Positions 23,301-35,317 of a stretch of DNA of 64,000 bases are shown here, in pieces. The notes beneath the pieces were generated by a model. It did not search any database. It saw nothing but the letters and a program-made list of their open reading frames with translations, and was not told the DNA's origin. Source of the stretch: Microbotryum violaceum (Eukaryota). Each line of letters starts with the position of its first letter. Position 1 is the stretch's first letter. Where the stretch lies: assembly GCA_001244265.2 (NCBI GenBank), contig CDLV01000014.1:248001-312000 (forward strand), written 5' to 3'. The position numbers and the translations under genes are program-made.

Positions 23301-24600
23301 AATTCTTGGTCAACAAAGTTGTTGAGCTTACCACATTACTAGGCAAAGTCCAAGCCGTAGTTGTCCACACCGCTAGTACGATGTTCCCCATCTTGCTCTC
23401 CTCCACCCCTTGATCCCTCAGAACCTCGACCAGCTCAGAGCCGAGTGAAGCAATTTTAAAGCCGACATATACCGATCGGGATACGTGGTCCTCCTTGTAT
23501 TCCAGCTCGGCTTCAGCCAATGCGGTCCTCGATGAGGGTGAGTAGAGGGTCGGTCTTTGGTGGTTCACGATTAGACCTAAATTCTCCCTCCCGAGCGGGG
23601 TCAGCAAGAAGATTAGCTTTGCTCAAAAAGTCTACTCCCAATCTCACCTTTTCTAACCATCTCCCTCACGACGCCCAACTGCCTCTTCTCATACCCCCAC
23701 CGCAGCGTCTCGTACTTCCCCTCCCAATCGGCCATTACGCCCAACGTCTTGAACTCGTTCGTCTGCAATTCGACGCCCGCCAAAGCTTCCTTTCTCGCTG
23801 CCGATCGGATTTGTTGAGATGTCAGAGAGGAGGCGGGTTTGCCTAGTGTTGAAAGGGCTTTGAGTTCGAGGGGTAGTCCATGGGTGTCGTAGCCTGGGAT
23901 ATAGCTGGGGAGAAGAGAAAGTAAAATGTCACCTTTCGGTCGTCTTGCGCGCAGCCCTCCGAAAGCTAAGCGCACTTTATCCGGTATCCCGAGATGAGTT
24001 TGAAGCGATTTATCATGTCCTTGATGATCTTGTTCAACGCATGGCCTGTTGAATGATGATGTTCATGCTTGGCTCAGCCAGATTCCAGTCTCTGTGAAGC
24101 GTTGTAAAGTTTCCTGGCTTGCTGTGGAAACAAGCTACGAACCAGTGTGTAGGCTCCCATTCGCATAGGGTGGTCCATCATGCAAGACCCACAACGGTCG
24201 ATCCTGATCCTGAAGACCCGCATAAAGCCACAGCAATACCCATCAGCCCATACGCCCCACGGACCGTCTCCACTCCGCCTCGTTCAGCTCACCCCCACTT
24301 TGGCCGCTTCCCACCTCAAAAACTCACCTTCTGCCACTCGTACAATGCCTTCGTACATCTCTCAAAGAACAAACCGTCCCTGTTCTTCGCGTCCGCACGA
24401 AGAGGGAATGCGGTCCGGGGTAGGTGGAGGCTGTTGGAGTAGAACTGCGCGAGGGGATCTTGGGGCTTGGGTTTCGACTTGGGGTGGGTTGCGGAGGTGG
24501 ACCTCGTACTGGAGGTGAAGGATGGGAGGGTGGTGTGTAGGGCTCGATGGCGGATGAAGAGAGGTGCTATCCTGGATGGGACGGGTTTGGATCGTAGCAT
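20348..24600 (-). CDS. ISM1: Isoleucyl-tRNA synthetase, mitochondrial (multi-exon)
   Basis: Arg-rich presequence; [73 protein letters not shown]-terminal CPRC/CERC zinc finger. Confidence 0.95.
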
Positions 24601-24862
24601 GGCTGCGGGCTGTCGCGGCTTGCGGGATCGTAGCGTTTACCCCACTCAACGCTCACCGCGAAAGGAGAGAAGCGATTGCGAAGAACCAAGTCGACCTCCG
24701 CAACGTGATCCCCGACGGCAGAATAATCAAGTTGATGAAATTGAACTCCTACAGTAAGCCCATCTCTAAAAACGGATGCAATGCAAAAATAAAAACGAAA
24801 ATGGGCAACCCACACCCAAAAAGATCAACTGCGTTTTAAGTAAGATCAACCCCCCTCTGCCC

Positions 24863-27042
24863 TCATCCCACCCACCATCTCCTGAAAACCCTCTCCCCCA
24901 ACTCCGCAATCGTCGTTACCTTTTCCGTCGTCGCGATCATGCCCCCAATACCTTCCACCGCCTTCCCAGATACCACTTTAGATCCCATCCCACCAGCGAC
25001 CGTAAAAGCCGCCACAAGGGCGAGTTGACCCGTCACGTCGAGGAACGAAGAAAGGAGAGGCAAGGCGTACACGTCCGGATCGTAGTCAAGTCTCCATAAC
25101 GTTGTCGCGATGTAGTACGCAAAAGCGAGCGAGACGACCATCTGCGCACATGAGTACAGTTGCATCAGCGCTTTCTTCCCTTCGAGAGCCGCGCGAGAAT
25201 TCAGGTGTGTGATCTCGTACCTGTACAACGGTCGCGACCAAGAAAGCGCCAATAAAAGTCCAACTCATCTCGACGCCCGTGATCCAAGCGAACGGTAACA
25301 AGATCCACATCACCGGCGTCGTCAGAGCGAATAAGGCGAACGCGACCAGACCGTACGGTTCCCTGTGCGACGAATGTAGCGCCGTCGAGATGCGTGAGAC
25401 GAAGATCGCGGCGGCGGATCCAGAGAGCGCGGTGAAAACGGGGGCAAACAGAGCGAAGCCTTCGAATCGGTTGACGTAGGCTTCGAGCACCAAACCAGAG
25501 CCACTACGTTCAAGAAAGCAGAAGCCGAGTCAGAAAGAGGAAGTGATGCAGCAATAAAGGATGCAACGCACGATGAAATGGCCATCGCGATGAAGAGCGG
25601 TGCCCATCCGACCGTCAGCAACTCTTGGACGTAGGTGTTTCGGAATGTCAGCACCACGTTGACCGCGATCGCGACCAGCAGCAACAGAAAGACCGCGGTC
25701 GAGACGAGCGTGCCTGCGCAGGAAGTGAGACGTTCGTCAACCTATGCTGAGATTTGAGTTGTCCTGCGCGTCTGCCTAGCTCACCCATGAACAGGGCGAA
25801 TAAAAAGGAGAGGCCACCGAGGAGAACAAGCGTGACCATGTCCCCAAGTGCCGAAGCGAGTGGGGTCGCCAGATTATCTGTGGACCTCGAGTACGGTGAG
25901 GACATGCAAATCCCGATGAGATGCATACGTTGGACTGACCTGGATTTATCTTGAGCCTCCTACAGAGCACGACGAGCGCGCACATGAAGCCGCCTAGAAT
26001 AGCCGAGCTCAGCCCCGCGGCAAGCATGCTCACGCACAACACCAACAAGGCCTCAAAATAGCCCCCTCTCAGATGCTCAGCTTGACCAAGCTTATGGACT
26101 GGATGCTGTAGATGGTGTTGGACCCCACTGCGTGACATGACGCCGAGAATGAAGGCGAGCAGACCGGACATAAGGGATACGATGAGTGCTTGGACTTGGA
26201 TGAGTGCGAGGTTGCCGAGGACCAAGGCTCGGCGCGTGGGCCGGAGATCGAGTTCTCCGATGTTGGCCGAGGTCGAGAAACGAGCAGCTAAGTTCATCTC
26301 TGTGGACGGGTCGGGCATGGTAGAGAAGAGCTTAGCGGCAGGCAGTTTACCCTGCAGCCAGACGGGAAAACAAACTTGCCGAGATTGCCTTTTAGGTTGA
26401 GGAGGATGGGGATGAGGATGAAGAGTTCCTCGATGCGAACGAAGACCCTCCACTGTTGCATTCGCTCGAGCAGTTCTCCGACCACGAGAGCTGTGACCAT
26501 GCACAGCAACAGAACGGGAAAAATCTGCCTCGTAAATCGGATCCGAGTCAGAAAGGAAAAATTGGGCCGAAGCATGGATGAAGCTGGCTCACCTGAAGCA
26601 ACATTTCCCGCATCAACGTCGCTTTTTGACGTTCCGAATTCCAACTATCCATGCTCGAGCTGGTACTCTTGCGATGCCGACCTGGTATTGTGTCTGTAGT
26701 TGTCATCGCCTGCTTGCGCTCGGACGAATCACGACCCGAGAGCGCCTTGAAGCCAGGCAGACTCGAGTGCGCGTCGGCCATGGCCAGTTGATCCGCCTCG
26801 TCGTCGTCGGAGTTGGTGTCATCGTCAGCATGGTCAGCGTGCTTCTCCAACAGGGATTGTATCTCTGGTTCGTCATCGGGGTGTATCGGCGGTGGTTTGA
26901 GAGCGGTCGAGGCAGGCTCGGATGAGCTGTGTCGACCAAGTGTCGCAGCTGGTGCTGATATCGGAGGAGGTGGAGGTGGGGCTGCGAATGCAGGTGCAGT
27001 TTCATCGCTACTGCCTCTTGCTGAGGACAGCGAAGGCACCAT
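24863..27042 (-). CDS. SLC41/MgtE-family divalent cation (Mg2+) transporter
   Basis: PILLNLKGNLEMNLAARFSTSANIG, NPDNLATPLASALGD, SRISTALH and DPDVYALPLLSSFLD motifs in two MgtE repeats. Confidence 0.9.
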
Positions 27043-27986
27043 CGATCTCCGACAGTTCTGAGCTGAGCAAGCTCCACTTTTCGCGTGTTTTTTCCTTGGT
27101 GCGTGCGAGAGCAAGTTGACGCGCTGCACGTCACGAGGCGCCGGAATTGGTGTTGAAACGTTGAGATGCCGGCCCTCGACGCGAGGCTCGCGAGCGGAGC
27201 AATGGGCTGCGACCGCTCAAAGGGACAGAGTGGTCGGTTTCCAGATCAAATTCCCTCCAGGATGATCGGTGCGACGTGGAAAGGAGAGAGGAGAGTGACG
27301 TAGCTGCGCACGGAGCAAGAGCAGCGAAAGGTTCCTTCGATCGGGCTTGCGCTCATAACCAGCTCCTCTCCGCTCGCATTCGACTCCTTTCGGCGACTTG
27401 GATCGTACCGTCGCCCACTTGAGTCGCACCGAAGCTCACCTCGGGATTCGGATTTCGTGCTCCGACGGCTGGCCTCGTCGTTGTGCTCCCTCTGCGCGTC
27501 GGCGTCGGCTCAACTCACCAAGTTGCTGCCTGGCCACCCCCTACCACCACGGCTCGGCTCAACTCATCCGTCGTACCGCGAGTTTCGGTGGCTTACGAGG
27601 CGCCAGGACTCTCAATAGCTACACTTTGTGTAAGTGATCACGAATTGGGTAGAACTGAGAGCAATCTCCCGCACGCAAGGCAGGCACACCCTAACCCCTC
27701 ACGGCGTTCTGGAGTCGCACGAGACGATCTGCTTCGGAATCACACACGATACCCAATGTACCATCCTCCGGGCTCGCATGGCGTCTTGGAGTCCCACTGT
27801 GGCTCTCAACACGAGCACTCGAACTTCGGACTAATCGCTCACGTGCATGTGTGTTGGACCCCCACAGCCACAGCCACAACCCACTCACACCTACACCTCG
27901 ACAGGACCTCAGGACTTGCAAAGACATCAGACGAATGAATCGCACCGTGAGGATCTTGGTCTGAACCCGGTAAGACATCCACTACC

Positions 27987-30545
27987 ATGGTCCCCGCACC
28001 CGTGGCGGGCAAGACCCCCGCGCCTATCTCTACCTCCACCGCGACCACCAGCTCGGCGTCCAAGACGACCTCGACTCCGATGACACCATCAACGAGTACA
28101 CCCACAACGAGCAATACGTCTTCCCTCTCCAACTCGCTCAGCTCCAATGCCTCGCCCTCACATTTGCGCAAGTTCTCCCTTCACCCGCCTTCGCTTCTGA
28201 CACCTTCGTCGATCCTCATGACCATCGCCAATGGTTCCAGTCCATTGAACGCGACTCAGTTGGCCAACTTGCGAACGGTCTTGACTTCTGCTCGATTACA
28301 GGCGAACGAACGACTCGTCATTCGCGATTCCAACAAGAAGAATCTCGTGGATCGTCAACTGCACGAGAAGAAGTTGGCCGAAGAATCCGCACGGTTGAAG
28401 GACCTCGAGCGGAAGAAGAAGCGCGAGGAGGAAGAGAGGAAAGAGAAAGAGAAGGCGCAAAAGCTTGAAAAGGAACGGTTGCAGAGAGAGCACGAGGCGC
28501 AGGAGAGGCGCAGGAAGGAGGAGGAGGAGTTCAGGCAAATCAAGAAGAAGGAAGAAGAGTTGAAGATCAAGGAGGACGAGGAGAAGAGGTTGGAGGCGAT
28601 CAGGTTGGCGAGGGAGGCCAAGGAACGGATGGAAAAGGAAAAGGAGAAGAAACGGTTAGAGGAAGAGGCTGAAGCGGCGGCACAAGCCATTGCGGCAGCG
28701 GCGACTGCAGCAGCCGAGGCGAAAGCGGCTGCAGAGGCCAAGGAGACGAAGGAGAACGCGCATGAAGAAGCAGGGAAGGAGGGTGTTGAGATGGAGCAAG
28801 CCGATGCTGTCGATTCCAAAGTGCTTGATTCGACAGCGAGCGTGAGTGCTCAAGGTGAGTGGGTCGAGCTTGGTGGGAGTCTGCCTTTCGCGGACGCTCA
28901 GCTTTTATTTCACCCCCCTCAGTCCCGACCATCAACATCGCCGGGTCTATGGAGCCCGAAGATGACGAAGAAGGTGGTGATCAACCTCGACCACCTGTAC
29001 GGGACAGCAAGAAGAAGAAGCGCAAGCGTGATCAAGTCGTCGACTCGGATGACGAAGACGGCAGAGGTTCTTCCCACGACTCCGATAGCGATACACAGCC
29101 GTTGGCACAGAAGATCCGCAAACTCGACGCTCCTTCATCGGAGAGTGGGACATTGGGGTTCAAGAAAGAGTCGCCTACACCGAGCCCGGTTATTCCCGTC
29201 ACACCTTTGAGGGATGGACCGTCGACATCCGAAAGTATTGTCAACCCCTATGAAGGCTTGACGCCGATAGAAAGAAAACTGAAGGAGGACAAGTTTGTCA
29301 AGGTGAGCACCCAAACCTCCTTCCGGGCTAAGGAGGTGTGTGCTGATAGTTTGATCTTTTTGATTTCGTCAACAGCACTCAATCCCTATCCGGCCACCCG
29401 CACCAGGGACTGCCACTGCATTTTACCTCCCGACCCAGTCGCTCGTCCCTCCCAAGCCCATCTCCATCACTCCGACACCCACACCAAAACGCCAAGCCGA
29501 CGTCTCCGGCGACTTCTCCACCGCCAAACCCGGTACCCAAATCGCGCATCACACCTTCCACACCTGGGCCGACGCCTACCTCCGCCCTTTTGGCGAAGAC
29601 GACCTCGCGTTCCTCGCTCCCAAACCGGACGATTGGGCACCTTATTTCATCCCACCTTTGGGGAAACACTACACCGAACAATGGGAAGAAGAGGATCATG
29701 ACCTACCACCCTCGAATACGAGTCATTATGCAAGTCCATTGGAACCGCCTCCTTTACCGAGGATCAAATTGGATGCGTTGAATGAGGACGCGTTGGGCAG
29801 TGAGGTCGTTACGTTGGGTCCGTTGAGTGAACGATTGGTCGCTGCTCTGGCGTTCACGGGGGGTGGGAGAAGCGAGAATGAGGATGATGAACCGAGTGGA
29901 ACGAACGGGATGACGAACCCGAATGGGACGGGGTTGGACCTCCCTGCTCAACTTGTGGATCCGGGCGCCCTGATTCGACCCCTCGACGCCGTCGAATTGG
30001 AAGAGCGTATCAAGCGCGAACTTCGCTTTATCGGTCTCTTACCCGAAGATGAAGTCGATTGGTCCTCCCGAGAAGACGACGAGATCTCCTCGGCTTTACG
30101 ATCCTGTCAAAGGCACCTACATCGTCAGACGATGGTGAATGAAGCGAGAAAAGTCGTACTCAGCGGGATCGTCAAGGATCGGATGGCGTATCAGGATTAT
30201 GAGACGACCCGGGATGCTCAGGAAAGGGTCATTGAAAATGGCTGGTTGAAGCGACAGAAAACCCAAGTCAAGAAAAAGGGCAAAGCTGCACGTGATCGCA
30301 ATCGGAACAAAAAAGATAAAGAAGTTGAAGAAGATGCCGAAGGGGTGGAGGCTACGGGTAAGCAGCCGTTGAGTTTGAGTTTGTTGCAGGCTGTGGATCG
30401 GCGACATGTCTTGGTCGAGAGCTTTAGGCCTTTCTTTGAGGAGGAGAGGGTGGGCAGGTTTTGGGGCATCCCGACGACGAGCGTCTACGAAGGACTCGTG
30501 GAGGAGACGGAGGAGGGGGTATTGAAGGGCGAGTTGGTTGAATGA
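27987..30545 (+). CDS. NGG1: SAGA/ADA acetyltransferase subunit Ada3
   Basis: Charged coiled-coil N-terminus; YLRPFGEDDLAFL, IPPLGKHYTEQW, GPLSERLVAAL, LEERIKRELRFIGLL, EDDEISSALR. Confidence 0.88.
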
Positions 30546-30641
30546 ATGATGGAATACGTAAACTTGTTGATCTGAGCTCTTTTTTGAAAAATTCGAGTAT
30601 ACAACTTGGGATTACAATTCTACGCTGGGCAACAACCATGA

Positions 30642-32021
30642 TCACTGAAAGCCAACAGGCGGCGGGGGCGGAGGTTGTTGTGCGTACCCTTGCTGCTGGT
30701 ATTGTTGTGGCGGCGGATATTGACCTCCGAACGCAGGAGGGGGAGGAGGGGGTGGGAACATCCCCGCTTGACCAGTTTGAGGTGGTGGACCGCCGGCCAT
30801 GCCATTCGGTGGTGGTGGTGGAGGCGGGACGAACCCCGCGTACCCTTGACCTGGTGGTTGACCGTAGGCGTTGGCTCCGGAAGGTGCGAATCCAGGTGGT
30901 GGAGGTGGAGGAGGGGCGCCCATCCCGCCCATTTGTGGGTACATCCCCGGTGGAGGAGGAGGCATCCCCGGCATCCCTCCGAACGGTGGGGGAGGAGCCG
31001 GAAACATGGCCATCGCGTTCGCTCCCGTTAACCCTGCTGGCCCCCCCGGAGGTCCACCAAACATCCCCGGCGGCGGAGGGGGATGCATCATCATGCCCAT
31101 CGGCCCTCCCGGCCCTCCAGCAGAAGGCAAAGCATTATTCTTCCTTGCTTGAGCAGCCAATAACCTTTCCGCGGGTGTTCCATGGCGTTCGCCTTTGGAG
31201 TCCTTTTTGAATGCGTAGGCGACGGTGATGGGTTTATTCATGAGGAATTGGTTGTTCATGGATTCGATCGCCGCGTCCGAGGCTTCGAACGAGTCGTACG
31301 AGATGAAACCGTAGCCTTTTGAGGCGCCCGTCGTGGGATCTCGGGCGATCTGTGTTGGGGAATGAGTGGGGTCAGAAACTGCTTACGGGGTGGCCGATGA
31401 GGGACGTTGGGATATGCACTCACGGAGGCGGGTTTGACAAGCATGCCAAAAGCCATAAATGTGTCGTATAACATGCGTTCGTCGACATTGGGGTCCAGGT
31501 TGCCGATAAAGAGGTTCGCGCCAATGTCGATTTGTTTGCGATCCGACGAGGCCTGCACAAGGCGGGGGAAATTAACGCTAAGCCGCGGCACGATAGCGCA
31601 CTCTTTGTTATTGGCTTACCTTGTTTACGCGTATCGGTTTGCCGTACAGCTTGATCTGGTTCATGATCTTGCACGCGTAGTCGGCGTCCTGCTCGGTGAG
31701 GAACTCGCAGAAGCCATAGCCCTGGTGGGTCATTGAGATGCGATCCTTGGGCAGGTGCACGTTCACTGAAGACAAACGACCGGTGTGAGTTGTCGGAAGG
31801 TAGGGTCAAGAGTACGGGCGCTGTGGCTTACCAACGGGGCCGGCCTGCAACATGAGTTCCCACACCAGCGCATCCGTCGCGCGTTCGTCGAGGTTGCCCT
31901 GGGTACGACATGGGTGATTAGAGGTGTCGATGATGAGCTAGAGAGTCGAGGATGGAGAGGAAGTCCTTACCATGTATACGGTTGCCTCTTGGTTGCGGTC
32001 ATCCTGGGGTTTGCCCGACAT
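30642..32021 (-). CDS. SF3B4: Splicing factor 3B subunit 4 (two RRMs and Pro/Gly-rich tail)
   Basis: [60 protein letters not shown]. Confidence 0.96.
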
Positions 32022-32476
32022 GATTGCACACGACCAGAGCCCTGCGCGGGGCAAGGGGCAGGGAGGGGGGAAAGCGGGGAACGAAGAGGGACCCGTAGAG
32101 CCGGGAGGAATCGGTCCGATGGCTTTGCTGTGGTACGCAAGTACGCGGAGGAGGAGGAGAGGGCGAGGAGAGCGTGTGGGGTGCGACAAGAATGAGAGAG
32201 GCGCACGCGCAGGGACTCGCGCAGGGGTCGTTCCAGCTCGTTCTGGCTTTGCTTCTTCACATTCGCGCGCCGCCGTATCCACATCCAAAGTAAAAGTACG
32301 CATTCGGTTCTGTCTTGAACCGCTGGCTCATATCTTTTGCTCTGACCGCAACACGCCCAAGCACCCCTCCGCTCAGCTGGACTGTCTCGCAGCCGCTGCC
32401 TCGACTCTACCTCCGCATACTCTCTCGCAACTCTCTCGCATAGCTTCCCAGCTGCAACCCCAATTCGCGCCGAGCC

Positions 32477-33739
32477 ATGCCGAGGGAAGTCGAACCCTCC
32501 ATCAATGAATCCCAATTCCTGCACCACGCCCTCTCCCAAGGCCTGCGCCTCGATTCGCGCCAGCCGTACCAGCTGCGAACGATCGAGCTCGACTTTCTGC
32601 GAGGCTCGTTGGGTGCGGTCGAGTGTCGGTTGGGGCAGACGAGGTAGGCATTCGTTGCACCGGATTGCAAAACATCTTTTTAGTGATCCAGAAGCAGCTC
32701 ATATTGCCCCTCGTTCATGTAGAGTCCTGGCCCAAGTCTCGGCCGAGATCGTCAGGCCACTACCCGATCGACCGTACGAAGGTTTTCTCAACGTCTCGAC
32801 CGAGCTCTCTCCCATGACATCGACACATTACGAAGCTGGGAGGTGAGCCATAGCCGGATAGTATGGACCCATTGTCGATCCCCAAAAGTCAGACGGGCTG
32901 ATGCACGTCCTCTCCCGACGTTGGCTCGTCGCATCCCCGACTCACAGAACATCGGATGAACAAACCCTCCTTACGAGGCTACTGGAAAAGACCTTACGGA
33001 GAAGCGAATGCGTAGATCGAGAAGCATTATGCATCGTCGCTGGGCAAAGGGTAGGTTCGATCGGATTGACAAAGAGCAGGGTGAGATAAAAACCTGATCC
33101 TTTGCGCCCGTGCGTACAGGTGTGGTCTATTCGAGTCGAAGTACACTTCTTGGACGATCAAGGCAACCTGTTGGATTGTGCATCCATTGCTGCTATCACG
33201 GCTTTAAGGCATTTCAGAAAACCGGATGTCCAGGTCGTCGGGGAGGAAGTCATGGTGGTGAGTCGTGGCACCTCAGGGGTTTACGCGAAGACGTCCTGAG
33301 TTTGAGTGTAATGTGTTGCAGTACTCCATGACGGAGCGAGTACCGGTACTGTTGGCGATCCACCATACTCCGATATGCTTGACGTTTGCTTTCTTCGGTG
33401 ACGAGTGAGTTCCGGAATCCACCACCCGCAATCTCAGGCTTCTCATTTCGTTCTCTGAGCATACACACTCATCTGACCCCCTCCCCGATCCCTCTCAGTT
33501 CCACCCCCCTCCTTGACCCCTCCCTGCTCGAATCCCAACTCTGTTCCGGCACCTTGACTCTAACCCTCAACGCCCAACAAGAGATCTGCGTACTTTCCAA
33601 GACCGGTGGTGCACCCTTACCCGCGGATGATATCATGAAGGTCGTAATGATCGGAACACAGAGAGTCAAGGAGGTGGATGCGTTTATTAAGAAGGAGTTG
33701 GAAAGGGATGAGAAGAAACGAAGGGTCGAGGTGCGGTAG
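32477..33739 (+). CDS. RRP45: Exosome complex component Rrp45 (RNase PH fold)
   Basis: MPREVEPSINE...GLRLDSR, DREALCIVAGQR-VWSIRVEVHFLDDQGNLLD, ALRHFRKPDV, EICVLSKTGG. Confidence 0.95.
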
Positions 33740-35317
33740 TGGAGAGAGGAAGGGCGCGGTGAGGCCGGGGGAAGAAGAGATTTGTGTGATCATGCGACTA
33801 GAAAGAGGGATTGTCTTCGTTTTGCGTATGAACCTCGCACCCAGTCGATGTATCTCAAGAGGGTATGCTCTGCCGAAATCTCCCCGAGAGCAACCGTCGC
33901 CGAGTTCATCATGAATTACGCCGGAGCTCCCAAGTGTGAGCTCGGCCGAGTCGGTAACTCCGATTACCATCCTTTCAGGTCAGGAGGGAGTGGATCCTCG
34001 GGTCAGGTAAGATAGACCGCATTTACCTACTTGATCAGGATCAGCTGACTCCAAGCAAGACCGAGCAGGTACCTCGGCCCGTTGAAGCGCTTGGCAGAAA
34101 TCCACCAGCTTCGAACACCGCCGACGAGTCGCAGGAGCCTCTCAAGCGTCCGTAGCCGTCTCGATGTTCGAGCGGCGGCGCATCGATGTCAAGTTCTACC
34201 GGGTAGCTAGGTATCTCAGCCGAGGCGAGGTGTGAACAGAGCTGTGCAAGGATAACTTGTAGGTTGATACTAAGATACCTACATGTACATGTACTGAGAA
34301 AGAGACTCATGACTCCTGTGAAGGCCGAACTCTCACGGCAGCGAAATTCACCGCTTCCGCTCGTCGATGACTCGATGACTGCAAGCTGACGTGTGCCAAG
34401 CCTACCCCGCCTCTGTCCTGCGATCAGTTTTCGATAGGACAAGAAACGCTGGGCGAAAAAGGAGCTGGTCGCAGCTGATAACGAAAGGTGACACGTAGAC
34501 TTATCACGCTGGTTCGAAAGGACGTTCGTTTTGTATCCTCGCGTTGCTTCGTAAATAAGTTAGTTCTCGTGGGATTGCATAAAAGCTTTTCCCGCTTTTC
34601 CCTAGTCCCGACCCCTCTCGATCACTTTTTTGTGGTTATGATCGGCCGCCGATCAATCCTTTCTCCTCGCGGATGGGGAGGGGGACCATTATGCCCACCG
34701 CTTCTTGAGAAAGGTCCGGCTGTAGAACACCTTCGTCTTGTCTCAGCGCTCGATGGCTAAGATTAGGAGCAGTGCTAGGTCGTGAGGGACCATCTCAGAC
34801 CAAGATGGCCCTCTTGCATTGGACCCGATCCGAAAGCGCGCTTAGGCCTGAGACTCGTCGCCTCGAGCCGAGCCATGGGCTCGTAGGGCCGGAAGCTAGC
34901 CTCGGGGCGATTTTAGGCGGCGGCCGGTGCGTGGCGGTGTCCCCTGTTGTAAGGTAGAGGTCACAGGTTGCCGATGTGAAATGGGAATGCACTTCCGAAT
35001 CTCTTCCTCTTCACTCCTGCATCCTACCGGATTATCATCATTCTTGTGATTCGAGATCGAAGAAAGCCCAGAGAATAACTATTCTCTGCACGTCGACTAA
35101 ATCACGGTCTAGTTTCATCGGGAGCTCAGCGCGACGCGCCCGCCTTTCAAGTCCGTGTCTGAGCCAGATGCACGCGCAACTGGTAGTAGGCGACCACCTC
35201 GATCAACCGCTGTTCCTCCTCCGACGTTCAAGCTTACCAGGTTCGTCGTCATCGTCGCTCTTCAAGTCCAAGCACCTGCTGCACCCTCAACTCCACGACG
35301 ATCCCCGCCGTCCCAGG

